Source: a virus
Length of the DNA: 64,000 nucleotides
Reading direction: 5' to 3' (one strand)
Virus record (IMG/VR): IMGVR_UViG_3300048854_000126
Coordinates: 1-64,000 of that record
Position numbers and translations under genes: made by a program. Below, piece by piece: positions 18,401-28,800 of this stretch. Position 1 is the first letter of the stretch. Each line of letters opens with the position of its first letter. The notes below the pieces were generated by a model. That model saw nothing but the letters and a program-made list of their open reading frames with translations. It was not told the origin of the DNA and searched no databases.

Positions 18401-19052
18401 TGAATATCTCCTGGTAGAGCTGTTTGATTTCATCTGCGGCGGCACCCTTCGGCTCAAACTCGATCAGCGCCTTTCCGACGCGAGCGGCACGCCGGAACGC
18501 AACGCGATCCATGATTCGCGTATTGAAGATAGGCAGCTCATCCTTGTATTCGTCGAGGGCCTCAAGCGTCTCTTCAACTTCGTTCGTCGAGGTTGAGGCA
18601 CAGTTGATTAGGATGCGCCCCGGCGCGCGGTGGCCGGTCTTTTCTTCGACGTCTTTAATCAAAGTGAGCATCCGGTCGATCGACCACGTGTCAAAGACGG
18701 AAGGCTGCACAGGGATAATGAGGTGGGTCGCAACGGCCACGGCCTGTCGCATTTCCGTGGAGTCCCGCCCGCCAACGTCGACTACCACCCGGCGATATTT
18801 CTGGGCGAACGACAAAAGATCCGCTCCGATCTTTCCCGTTTTCTTGGCGGTCACCACGCGCGGCTCGACGCCATTCTCGAAGCGCATGTCTGCCCAGCCC
18901 GTGGAAGTCTCCTGCTTGTCAGCGTCTACCAGCAGCGTGTCGTGACCTGCTAGCATGCTCATAACGGCAACGTTGCCGCTCAGGGTGGTCTTGCCCACCC
19001 CGCCCTTCTCCATTGCCACGACTACTATGTCGCCGAGAGAACCCATATCCAT
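18300..19052 (-). CDS. parA: ParA/ParF partition ATPase (type Ib)
   Basis: KGGVGKTT deviant Walker A, VDADKQ, VVVDVGG; no N-terminal HTH. Confidence 0.9.
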   Translation of the reverse strand: MDMGSLGDIVVVAMEKGGVGKTTLSGNVAVMSMLAGHDTLLVDADKQETSTGWADMRFENGVEPRVVTAKKTGKIGADLLSFAQKYRRVVVDVGGRDSTEMRQAVAVATHLIIPVQPSVFDTWSIDRMLTLIKDVEEKTGHRAPGRILINCASTSTNEVEETLEALDEYKDELPIFNTRIMDRVAFRRAARVGKALIEFEPKGAAADEIKQLYQEIFNESFRSAYAPAAEQQQPARTTGKAVRLERATST

Positions 19053-19067
19053 ATTGCCTCCGGTGAT

Positions 19068-19564
19068 CTAGCTAGCTAGCTAGAAAGGTGCCGCCTTGAT
19101 TGGTGTTTCGAGGGTCATGCTATCTAGCTAGATAGCTACCCAGATTCCTAGCTATCTTGCCAGATCGAAGGAAAGCTAGCAAGAAAGAAAGCTGGCTAGT
19201 TAGCGAGATAGCTCGCTAGGTAGTTGGCTAGTATTCTAGAAAGCAAGCTAGCTGGCAAGAATGATAGATAGAAAGCTTGATAGATAGCGAGCTAGGAAGA
19301 TAGTTAGAAAGCTAGCTAGCTAGAACGATGGAAAGCAAGCTATCTAGTTAGCTCGCTAGGTGGCTATCTATCTAACTAGGAGGCTAGCTAGCTAGCTGGC
19401 TAGAAAGATAGCAAGACGAAAGCTGCCAAGGGATGCTATATGCAAATGGCCGCTTCGCGCTCGGATCGCAGTGACCTCAGTGCAACCGGTTTGCGTAATG
19501 AGAACGTTCGCAGCGCCTTGCTAGGTGGCTAGCTAGCTAGCAAGATAGATAGCGAGTTAGCTAG
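19068..19564. repeat. Degenerate CTAG tetramer array, putative centromere/par operator
   Basis: 29 CTAG by manual count; the first 24 (19068-19403) all share one 4-bp register; immediately upstream of parA. Confidence 0.75.
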
Positions 19565-19585
19565 CTTGAAAGCTGGCGCTCAAAT

Positions 19586-19610
19586 AAAAACCCCGCTCGC
19601 AGGCGGGGTC
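19586..19610 (-). terminator. Terminator downstream of the repressor gene
   Basis: ACCCCGC-TCGCAG-GCGGGGT stem with an A-tract on the left (U-tract on the minus strand). Confidence 0.55.
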
Positions 19611-19634
19611 AAGTTTGAAACGGGGAGGGTGGGG

Positions 19635-20123
19635 TCAGGAGTTTGCTGGGCGGCCAGGTTTAACCGACGCCGCTCCCATTTTCCGTTCCGCCTTCGCGCG
19701 GTCAGCATGCGCTCCAAAAGCTGTCTTCAGGTCGGCAACGAGTTTCGGATCTTGCAAGTAGAAGCCGGCGTCGCCCGACGCGTCGCGCGCCAAGCCCACC
19801 AGTTTCCGTTCGTCTTCAGAGATCAGCTTGTCGCCCATGACCGACGCAATCACGGTCCATGTTTCCGGCATGTATTCGGTCATCACCAAGCGCAGCAAAT
19901 TGACCGGATCAATGCCGAGCGACTGCGCCATCAACTGAACCTTATTGACGGGAAGCTTCGTTCTGCCTTGCTTAATCAGGGAGATGACGTTCGGGTTCTC
20001 GTAGCCTAGCTCCGACGCGATCGTCTTCTGGGTCTTGTCGGTTAGACCCATCACACCGCTCAAATACTCCGCAACAGTAGTCTTTTTACCTGCTGTCTTC
20101 TGTGTAGCCATTGTGACCCCCAT
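19635..20123 (-). CDS. XRE/CI-like HTH repressor
   Basis: TQKTIASELGYENPNVISLIKQGRTKLP HTH; divergent from the lytic operon, with operators between them. Confidence 0.75.
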   Translation of the reverse strand: MGVTMATQKTAGKKTTVAEYLSGVMGLTDKTQKTIASELGYENPNVISLIKQGRTKLPVNKVQLMAQSLGIDPVNLLRLVMTEYMPETWTVIASVMGDKLISEDERKLVGLARDASGDAGFYLQDPKLVADLKTAFGAHADRAKAERKMGAASVKPGRPANS

Positions 20124-20163
20124 TTTTCTTCGACGTTATTAAGTTATCACACACATTCTAAGA

Positions 20164-20327
20164 TTAGTAACGAATGACTGTGTTCGTTCACTTCCCATTA
20201 TAGACAGCAATCTATCTTGCCAGACAGGACCAACAGCCGATAGTTGAGGCTTTTTGCCCTCTGAAATTTGTATCAGGACGTAACGCTTGTCTTTTACCTG
20301 ACTATAATAATACTAAGAGCTTACCAT
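20164..20327. promoter_or_regulatory. Divergent immunity/control region
   Basis: Operators at 20164-20181 and 20310-20327; TGACTATAAT at 20299-20308. Confidence 0.6.
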
Positions 20328-20364
20328 TGTGAGTGGGCCAATTTTTAACAACGAGGAGCTGTTC

Positions 20365-20625
20365 ATGCTGCAAGCCGTATCTATGATCGCTGTGAGCCAT
20401 GAAGTTGCCGTGACATTGCTGGCCGAGACGTCAAACATCGAAGGCACGCTGGATATGGGGCCAACGGTCGTTAGTCTAGCCGATCATCCCAACTATGGCC
20501 GCATGTTGATCGTCGAAAGCGCAACCGGACCCAGTGGCCTCGGGTTCGAACGCGACGGTTTCAAAAAATACAGCGAAAGCTTACTTTCTGCTTCGTCCAC
20601 AGAAACGCCAAAACTTGCGGGGTAA
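20365..20625 (+). CDS. Small hypothetical protein
   Basis: GAGGAG RBS; first gene of the rightward operon. Confidence 0.55.
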   Translation: MLQAVSMIAVSHEVAVTLLAETSNIEGTLDMGPTVVSLADHPNYGRMLIVESATGPSGLGFERDGFKKYSESLLSASSTETPKLAG

Positions 20626-20673
20626 CCTCAGACATATACCGAATTTTGTTGTTTTTTCCCAAAGGGGTGACGA

Positions 20674-22953
20674 ATGCACGTCAATAATCGAGTCCTGATC
20701 CTGCGCGAAGCGATCACGAAAATCGTTCCAATGCTTACACAGCGATCAGTTAAGGTTACGCAGCAGGGCACACAAGCCTACGTGTCGTATGACAAGCGCA
20801 CGCTCGCCATCAAAAAGGTGAACTTGCCCTACATACCGGACGACGCTGACGACATCCTGCTCGATGCGACACAGGGCTTTCTGGACCACGAGGTCGGGCA
20901 CATCCTGTTCACGGACCAGAAGTGCGTATTAAAGGCCGAGAAGCAGGGTGTGCATACGCTCCACAACATGATCGAGGACACCTTCGTCGAGCGGCGCATG
21001 GGCGAGCAGTTTCCAGGCTGCGGCTCGAACCTGTCGAAGATGCACGGTTTCTTCCTGACCGAATACATCGACACCCGGCTGAAAGAGGCTCCCGAGCACT
21101 CGGCCGCGATCCTGTTGGTGTGTGCACTGCGGGCGTGGGCCGGTCAGCCCGCGTTCGTTGATTACATGAAAGACAAGTGGGCGGTCATGAAGGACATCTC
21201 CGACCGCCTGGGTAAAGACTTCCCGAGCAAGCTGCGCGGCGTGAAAAGCTCACAGGACGGCCTGGCGCTCGCGCTCGAGGCGAAACAGCGTCTTGAGCCC
21301 AAGAAGCCGCCAATGCCGAAAGCGCCGCCGCCGCCCGCACCTCCCGCTCCGCCGCCAGAGCCGACGCCGCCCAGCGCGCCGGAAGAGGGAGACCCCGCGC
21401 CTGCTAGCGGTGAGGAGGAGCCGGGCGACACAGCAGCCGAGAGTTCGTCAGCGCCGGAAGAGCGAGACGAAGAAATGATGCCGAGCGACTTGCCCGAGTT
21501 GGGAGGCGATGGGGCACCGCCGGAACCCGAGGGTGAGGAGGTTCGGGAGCCGGAACCCGAGCCAACCGGTGACGAAGCGCCGCCAGAAGACCCGGAGGAG
21601 GGCGACGATGAGCCAGGCGCCGCACCTGAGCCGGAGCCAACCGTAGAGCCGCCGGATGAGGAAGAAGAGCCCGCACTGCCCAGTGGCGGGGGATCGTCCG
21701 GAGCCGAGCCCGAAGACGATGAGGAGGCAGAAGACGAGGAGGGCGAACGCGACGCGGGAATGTCCGGCGGGGGCGCGGGCGAGGATACCGAAAGTGATTC
21801 GGGCGAAAACCCGGGCGACGAGAATTCCGACAGCGATACAGGGGCGAGCGGCGGCTCCGAGCCTGCGTCTACCGGTGAAGGAGAGGCGCCGGGTGGTGGC
21901 GAACCGCAGGAGGGCTCTGAAGAGCCGGAGACGGGTAGTTCGCCAGAAGACGGGCGCGATATCTTCAAGGAGATCAGTTCCGCTCCGGTGAAGGACTTCG
22001 ATGAGGCGGCGGCAGACGCGCTAACGAAAAGCGCCGTCGCATCGACGAAGGAGTCGGACTATTCGGTCTTTACCCGCGATGAGGACCAGATTGGCGTGCT
22101 CGACACGCCCGAAGGGTTCGACCAATCGCAGGTCACGGACATGCAAAACGAGGTCGATCACATGGTCGGCCCGATGCAGAAGGACATTCAGCGGGCGATT
22201 GCTGCGCGTTCAGCGTCTGTGTGGACTGGTGGGCACAAGCGCGGGAAGTTGCACGGCGCTTCGCTGTCGCGGGTTCTGACGGGCCGCGAAGACGTGTTCC
22301 GGCAGAAGCAGGTCAACACGACCAAGGACGTCGCGGTATCGCTCCTGGTTGATGCATCGGGGTCAATGTCGCATGCCCGGAAAATCATCATTGCGGGCTA
22401 TACGGCATACGCCCTGTCTTCGGTCCTCGATAACTTGTCGATTCCGAACGAGGTGCTCGCTTTCAGCACGACGTCGTTCTCCAGCTCGGTGCTGCGCGCC
22501 ATGCAACAGGAGTCGAGCGAGCACGGGTTCAGATACGACCGCAGTGAGGCGCTCAACATCGCGATCATCAAATCCTTCGCGGAGCGGATCACGCCCGATG
22601 TGCGTCGGCGTTTTGCCCTTCTATCGAGCTATGAAAACGGCTTGATGCAGGAAAACGTCGATGGCGAGTCAGTGCAGATCGCCAACAGGCGTCTTCAGCA
22701 GCAGCGCGCCTCGCGCAAGGTGCTCATGGTCCTCTCAGACGGCAAGCCCGCGTGTGGTGGGCTGAGCCGCGCACTGAATTCGCACCTTAAAGAAGTAGTT
22801 AAGCAAATCGAAGCACGCGGCACCGACGTGGTAGCGCTCGGCATCGTTGATAAGTCGGTGCGCGAATTTTATAAGCGCGCGCTAGTGATCGACAAAGTGG
22901 CTGACCTGCCGACGATCGTCATGAAGGAGCTGCACAAGCTGTTGGTCCAATAA
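20674..22953 (+). CDS. CobT-like VWA protein (HExxH N-terminal domain, acidic Pro-rich linker)
   Basis: DHEVGH; long P/E/G low-complexity linker; MIDAS DASGSM and LSDG. Confidence 0.85.
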   Translation: MHVNNRVLILREAITKIVPMLTQRSVKVTQQGTQAYVSYDKRTLAIKKVNLPYIPDDADDILLDATQGFLDHEVGHILFTDQKCVLKAEKQGVHTLHNMIEDTFVERRMGEQFPGCGSNLSKMHGFFLTEYIDTRLKEAPEHSAAILLVCALRAWAGQPAFVDYMKDKWAVMKDISDRLGKDFPSKLRGVKSSQDGLALALEAKQRLEPKKPPMPKAPPPPAPPAPPPEPTPPSAPEEGDPAPASGEEEPGDTAAESSSAPEERDEEMMPSDLPELGGDGAPPEPEGEEVREPEPEPTGDEAPPEDPEEGDDEPGAAPEPEPTVEPPDEEEEPALPSGGGSSGAEPEDDEEAEDEEGERDAGMSGGGAGEDTESDSGENPGDENSDSDTGASGGSEPASTGEGEAPGGGEPQEGSEEPETGSSPEDGRDIFKEISSAPVKDFDEAAADALTKSAVASTKESDYSVFTRDEDQIGVLDTPEGFDQSQVTDMQNEVDHMVGPMQKDIQRAIAARSASVWTGGHKRGKLHGASLSRVLTGREDVFRQKQVNTTKDVAVSLLVDASGSMSHARKIIIAGYTAYALSSVLDNLSIPNEVLAFSTTSFSSSVLRAMQQESSEHGFRYDRSEALNIAIIKSFAERITPDVRRRFALLSSYENGLMQENVDGESVQIANRRLQQQRASRKVLMVLSDGKPACGGLSRALNSHLKEVVKQIEARGTDVVALGIVDKSVREFYKRALVIDKVADLPTIVMKELHKLLVQ

Positions 22954-23064
22954 AATAACTCGTGGAAATAGTAAGTGGTGACTTGCTTTTGCCAGCGAGT
23001 CACCCTTAGAATTCAGTCTGTCGGTTCAATCAATTCGCAATTTACGTCTCACACGGAGGCTTCA

Positions 23065-24282
23065 ATGAGCAACCCGGATCAAAAGATCGAATGCGCAGAG
23101 TGCGGCGCACTGGTGCATGCCATCGAGATTCACTTGAAGGACGCCCACCCGGGCATGACGCTCGCCGATTACACGGCAAAACACCCCCAAGCACCCGTTC
23201 TGTCCGAGCGCGCGAAGCTCGCCATCGCCGCGAAGCGTGCAGAGAAGGCCGGCGCTACCGCCACACCCGCCGCGACCACGGTTGGCATGGCCGGCGCTGC
23301 GCTTCCCGCGAACGTGACGGCGCTCAACCCGACCGGTATGACGACCGCCGCGCTGCACGACGTGTTTGGACTGGTCGACCCAATGGGCAAGCCCGTCGCA
23401 GCGGCTAAGAACGGGCGCGGTGACCCGATTGGCGTCACGGTTTTCACGACGCCGACTCACCCCGATCTCGTGCCGGGAATCGATGATGGCTTCATCTTCG
23501 ATATCGACAACCTCAAAAACGCCTTGATGGCGCTCGAGCTCAAAAAGAACCTGTATGTCTGGGGTCATGCTGGCACTGGCAAAACGACCCTGATTGAACA
23601 GATCGCGGGCCGCACCGGGCGTCCGGTCATTCGCGTGCAGCACTCGATCGGCACCGAAGAGTCGCACGTCCTGGGTCAGTGGGTCGTGCGCGGCGGACAG
23701 ACCGAATTTCAGCCGGGCTTGCTGCCGCTCGCCATGAAACACGGTTGGACATACCTCGCTGACGAATACGACTTCGGGCTGCCTGCGGTGCTCGCCGTGT
23801 ATCAGCCGATCCTCGAACCGAATAAGTCACTGGTTATCAAAGATGCGCCCGACGAATGGCGCGTCGTGAAGCCGCACGAGAACTTCCGATTCGTCGCGAC
23901 GGGCAACACCAACGGCTCCGGCGATGAAACCGGGCTGTATCAGGGAACGCAGATCCAGAACGCCGCGAACTATGACCGGTTCGGCATGGTGCTCGAGGCG
24001 AAATACATGGACCCCGTGCTCGAGGCGGCGATCCTTGTGAACCGCGCAAAGGTGAAGCGTGAACACGCCGAAAAGCTCGTCGATTTCGCCAACCGTGTTC
24101 GGGAGTCCTACAAGAATAAGGAAGTCGCCAGCACGATCAGCCCGCGCTGCTTGATCGACGCGGCAGACATCGGTCTTCGCAAGGGTAGCTGGCGTGCTGG
24201 GGTCACCCTCTCTTTCATCAACAAGCTTTCCGCAGTCGATCGCGCAGTCGTAGACGGCGTTGCATCGCGCATTTTCCCGTAA
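23065..24282 (+). CDS. CobS/MoxR-like AAA+ ATPase with N-terminal Zn finger
   Basis: CAEC...H...H; GHAGTGKT; LADEYD; ATGN; DRF; preceded by operator 22968-22985. Confidence 0.85.
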   Translation: MSNPDQKIECAECGALVHAIEIHLKDAHPGMTLADYTAKHPQAPVLSERAKLAIAAKRAEKAGATATPAATTVGMAGAALPANVTALNPTGMTTAALHDVFGLVDPMGKPVAAAKNGRGDPIGVTVFTTPTHPDLVPGIDDGFIFDIDNLKNALMALELKKNLYVWGHAGTGKTTLIEQIAGRTGRPVIRVQHSIGTEESHVLGQWVVRGGQTEFQPGLLPLAMKHGWTYLADEYDFGLPAVLAVYQPILEPNKSLVIKDAPDEWRVVKPHENFRFVATGNTNGSGDETGLYQGTQIQNAANYDRFGMVLEAKYMDPVLEAAILVNRAKVKREHAEKLVDFANRVRESYKNKEVASTISPRCLIDAADIGLRKGSWRAGVTLSFINKLSAVDRAVVDGVASRIFP

Positions 24283-24298
24283 TCAGGAACCATCAATC

Positions 24299-24955
24299 AT
24301 GCTGCAACTGGCTAAAGTCGCCCAAGTCTCTTCAAAAGCCTACTCGACCAAGTTCGAGGATCACACCGGAATGCTGCACAAGCTGGCAAAACGCGCCTGG
24401 GGCCGGTTACAGGAGGCCGGCGTGACAGTTCCCTACGAGGACGTGTTCCAGAACTTCTGTGAATCGTTCGTGCGCTGCGAAGCAACGTTCAAGGCTGATA
24501 CCGGCTTTACTTTCAGCGCCTATTACGGTCGCTCGTGCTGGAACAACTTCAATCGCTGGGCCGAAGGGCAGATCAACGAGAAGCACACGCTTGGCATGGT
24601 AAGCGTCGAGGAGCTTGGCAACGACAGCGACCACGATGGCGGTGGCGATGTTCTCGAATTCGGCGACTTCGCCGACGAAGACGACGCCCACGAGTCGCCC
24701 GAAGACATCCTGTCCGCTCGTCAGGAGAGCCACCGCGCGGCCCGCATGCTCACGCCCGTTGCAAAGCGCGTCGTGGCACTGCTCGCACACAACACACCGG
24801 AACTGCTCGCGTTCATGGACCAGCGCAACGCACGCATGCTGAAGAAGAGCGACAACATTACGCTCCGTGTGATTTTCGACTTCCTCGACCTGGCGCCGGC
24901 CCGTGCCCGCGCAGTGCGCGCCGAGCTCCAACAGGTCTACGGAGTCACCCTCTAA
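24299..24955 (+). CDS. Phage sigma-70-like factor
   Basis: Region 2-like EDVFQ...FKADTGFTFSAY and a region 4-like C-terminal helix-turn-helix. Confidence 0.6.
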   Translation: MLQLAKVAQVSSKAYSTKFEDHTGMLHKLAKRAWGRLQEAGVTVPYEDVFQNFCESFVRCEATFKADTGFTFSAYYGRSCWNNFNRWAEGQINEKHTLGMVSVEELGNDSDHDGGGDVLEFGDFADEDDAHESPEDILSARQESHRAARMLTPVAKRVVALLAHNTPELLAFMDQRNARMLKKSDNITLRVIFDFLDLAPARARAVRAELQQVYGVTL

Positions 24956-25569
24956 TGCTGGCGCCCAGCTGCTACGGCTTGCCCTCGGTCTTTGTCGCGG
25001 GCGCACCGACGTGCGAAGCATGCAAGAGCCGCACGCAGTGCGTCCAAGCGTGCCACGCGATGTTGCTGTCGCTCGCGGACAAGCTCGATGTGTCGGGCAA
25101 TCTGGCGCAGCTGGAGCGCACAGCCAAAGTGATTACCGCTCAGTCGCTACCAGCGGGCACCGTCGCAACAACGATCGCGGCACCCGCTTCCGCCGCGGTG
25201 CGCGTGAACCTGGCTATCGACCCACCCACGCAGAGCGTGCTCGATTCGCTGCCAGTGCGGGTCGCAAAGGTCATGAAGCCGCTGATGACACGCGGCCAGG
25301 ACGCGAAGGCGCGCTACTGCGTCGCCACAGGCAAGAACCCCTTCGATGCAAGCAACCCGCGGTGGCTCACGCTCGCTGGCGAGGTGCTCATTGCCGGGGG
25401 TTTCACCAAGGCACAGTTGCGTGAGCGCTACATGAAGGAGTTCGGCTGGTCAGAGGGCACCGCTTTCTCTCGCGTGTCGATCGTTGCCACGCTCTTTCCC
25501 GCGCTGCGCATCGCCACCATCACGGGTGACCGGATCGTTTGTGTGCCAAGCGTCACCGGGGATCATTGA
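24955..25569 (+). CDS. Hypothetical protein with N-terminal Cys cluster
   Basis: CYG...CEAC...C; TAATG coupling. Confidence 0.55.
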   Translation: MLAPSCYGLPSVFVAGAPTCEACKSRTQCVQACHAMLLSLADKLDVSGNLAQLERTAKVITAQSLPAGTVATTIAAPASAAVRVNLAIDPPTQSVLDSLPVRVAKVMKPLMTRGQDAKARYCVATGKNPFDASNPRWLTLAGEVLIAGGFTKAQLRERYMKEFGWSEGTAFSRVSIVATLFPALRIATITGDRIVCVPSVTGDH

Positions 25570-25590
25570 AGTAACGAAAGGGAGAGCGAA

Positions 25591-25794
25591 ATGCACATTG
25601 CCAGGATCACCGCCGGGGTATGCGACGACGAGATCGTCGACGAGCTCCACATCGATCGGCGATTCATCTGCAGCTACAAGGCGATGGGTCTGACGCCGGA
25701 ACAAACCCGCACCGTGGAGGGAATGCTTCGCTCCGCGGTTGAAGTGGGTAAGCGCATTCGTTCGAAGGAATTCAAAGATTTGATCGGTAACTAG
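25591..25794 (+). CDS. Small hypothetical protein
   Basis: GGAG RBS. Confidence 0.5.
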   Translation: MHIARITAGVCDDEIVDELHIDRRFICSYKAMGLTPEQTRTVEGMLRSAVEVGKRIRSKEFKDLIGN

Positions 25795-25802
25795 GGACGG
25801 AC

Positions 25803-28800
25803 ATGAACATCAAACATCTGCTGGCCGCCCGCAGCGACTTCTCGATGGGGGAGTCCACGCTGCAAGTCGGCAAGCTTATCGACCGGGCGAAGGAGCTCGG
25901 TTACGAGTCGATCGCCTTGGTCGACAACATGACGATCTCCAACATGGTCGCATTCAGCGACAAGGCGAAGAAAGCGGGTATCAAGCCGATCATCGGCTGC
26001 ACCCTGCGCGTGGTCGATGATCCGACCTACCGGAAGCCCTCGAAGGCGTCGGGCGAGCTCGAGCTTCCGAACCAGCTGATTACGCTCAAGGTCTACGTCC
26101 GAAATGACGAAGGCATGCGCTCGCTGATGAAGCTTCTGTCGAAAGGCAACTCGTCCGAGTATTTCTATTATCACTCGCGCGTGGGTCTCGAGGACATCCT
26201 GCAACTCGAAGGATGCGCCGTCTCGACGGGCGACTTTTACGGGCTATTTCACCATCCGAGATACGACGAGATCCTCTATCGTCTCGCGCAGAAATTCGGC
26301 GATCACTGCTTCGTCGAGTTCGTGCCGGCCGTGACGCCGCTCAACCGCACGCTGAACAAGCGCGCGCTGGAGGCAGCGCAGAAACACGGCATGAAGATGA
26401 TCGGCACATGGCCCGCGCTCTACGCGACGCCCGATGAGGCCGACTCGCTCGACGTGTTGCGCGCGATCCTGGGCAACAACAAAATGAGCGACCGGTGGCT
26501 AAACCGCCCGTATGTGCGTGACTACTGCCTGAAGCCGCCGGCTGACGTGGTGCGCGCGCTGGTGGCCGAGAAGCTTCCGGCCAAGCAGATCATCGACGGC
26601 AACCAGGCGCTCGTTGATTGCTGCACCTACGAGTTTAAGAAGCTCGAGCCGAGCCTCCCGAAGATGGCTCCGGACGAGTTCAAGGCGCTCTGCGCAGAAG
26701 TGGGAAAGGGCTGGGCCTTGCGCTTTGCTGCGCCCGTGCTCGGGCATCAACCCCGCCCAGAGGACTTGCCCGAATACAAGGCACGACTCGCGTTTGAGCT
26801 CGATACGCTGCGCAACATGGGTTTTTCGGGCTACTTCCTGCTTGTGCAACACATCGTCCAGTGGGCGAAAGGGCAGGGGATCATCGTCGGACCTGGCCGT
26901 GGTTCAGTGGGCGGCTCGCTCGTTGCCTATCTCATGGGGATCACCGACGTCGATCCGATTCGGTTCAACCTGCTGTTCGAACGGTTCATCAACCCGGAAC
27001 GTCTCGACTTGCCCGACGCCGACCTTGACTTCATGTCGAAGCGCCGCCACGAAGTGATTGACTACATCGCCGAGCACTTCGGGCGTGAGAACGTCGCGGG
27101 CGTGTCCAACTACAACACGATGGGCGCCGCAGGTGTCATGCGTGATACCGGCCGGGTCCATGAACTGAGCCCGCTCGATTACGCCTGCTCGAAGCAGATG
27201 GAAAAGCAGCACGGGGTATCCCTCGGGCTCGAGGACTCTGCCGCGGTCGTGCCGGAGATCGACAAGTTCAAGGGCACCTACCCGCAAATCTGGAAGCACA
27301 TGGTCAACCTGGAGGGCGCCACGCGCGGACTCGGGCAGCACGCAGCCGGTGTGATCGTCGCGGGCGAGCCGATCATCAACCGCGCCGTGGTCGAGACGCG
27401 CACGGGTGGTCCGGTGTGCAACTGGGACAAGCGGGTGGTCGAGGACTGGGGTCTGATCAAGATGGATATCTTGGGCCTGACCAACCTGGACGTGATGAAG
27501 CTCGCTGCGACTTACATCAAGGAGCGGCACGGCAAGGACATTGACTTTCTGCGGCTGCCCCTTGACGACAAGAAGGTGATGGAAGCTTTCGGGCGGGGCG
27601 ACACCACGGGCGTGTTCCAGTTCGAATCCCCGGGCATGCGCCGCCTGCTGCGCGAGATGGCGCTCGCGGGCACGGTGACGTTCGATGATCTGGTCGCCGT
27701 GGTCGCGCTCTATCGTCCGGGACCGCTCGATGCGGGCCTGTGCGACGACTATGTGGCGATTAAGCAGGGCAGCAAGACCGCCTATTACGAGCACCCGAAT
27801 ATGGCGCCCGCGCTCAAGGATACCTACGGCGTGATCGTGTATCAGGAGCAAGTGATGCAGATCGCCCGGGACTTGGCCGGGTTCACCTTCGCTGGCGCCG
27901 ACCATCTTCGGAAAGCAATGGGTAAGAAGGACAAAGAGAAGATGGCCGAAATGCGTCAGAAGTGGGTGGACGGCTGTATGTCGCACTCAGGGATGACGGA
28001 AGGGTCCGCCAACGCGCTCTTTGACAAGATCGAAGTGTTCGCGGGTTACGCCTTCAACAAGTCGCACTCCGTTGAATACGCGGTCATCTCGTTTTGGACC
28101 ATGTGGCTCAAGGTCAACTATCCGGCCGAGTTCTTCGCGGCGTCGCTCACCGAGATCGACAAGGAAGAGAAACGTGAACCGCTGGTAATGGACGCGCGGC
28201 GCATGAACATGCAGGTATTGCCGCCCGATATAAACCGCTCTAGCGCTCGGGTAGAGATCGTCGGCGAGGACAAGCTCTTTGCACCATTCCAAGCGCTCAA
28301 GGGGTTATCCGAAAAAGCGGCTTCATACATCGTAGATGCACGGGACAAGTGGGGCAAGGCATTTGCGAACAGGACTGACTTCGACGCCGCGCTGAAGACG
28401 GCCGGCTACACCGGTCGCCACATCAACCAGTCGGTCAAGGACAAGCTCGCGCTGGTGGGAGCGTTCGCCGATTGCGAGGGCGACAAGCAGCCTGCCATGC
28501 ACCCAGACAGGCTAAAGAGTCGCATCGAGTTACTGCCGGGCTTTACGGTCGATAGTGTGAAAGCTGATCGAACGCTTAACGCTGAGAAGCTTGCCTTGCT
28601 GCAACTGGTGCGCATCGCTGAGGAAACGCGGGCGTGCGAGAAGTGCTCGCTCAAGGGCGGTTGTCATCCGATGCCGCGCATCGGGAAGACGCCGAAGTTC
28701 ATGGTCGTCTCGGACAACCCGAACTGGCAGGAAGAGAAGGCGGGCAAGCTCCTCGAGGGCGACAACGCCGCACTGGTCATCAACGCACTGAAGGAGGCGG

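Noticed and set aside
19068-19564. CRISPR array or simple microsatellite
   Set aside because: No fixed repeat/spacer units and no cas genes. The tetramers are heterogeneous rather than slippage-identical.
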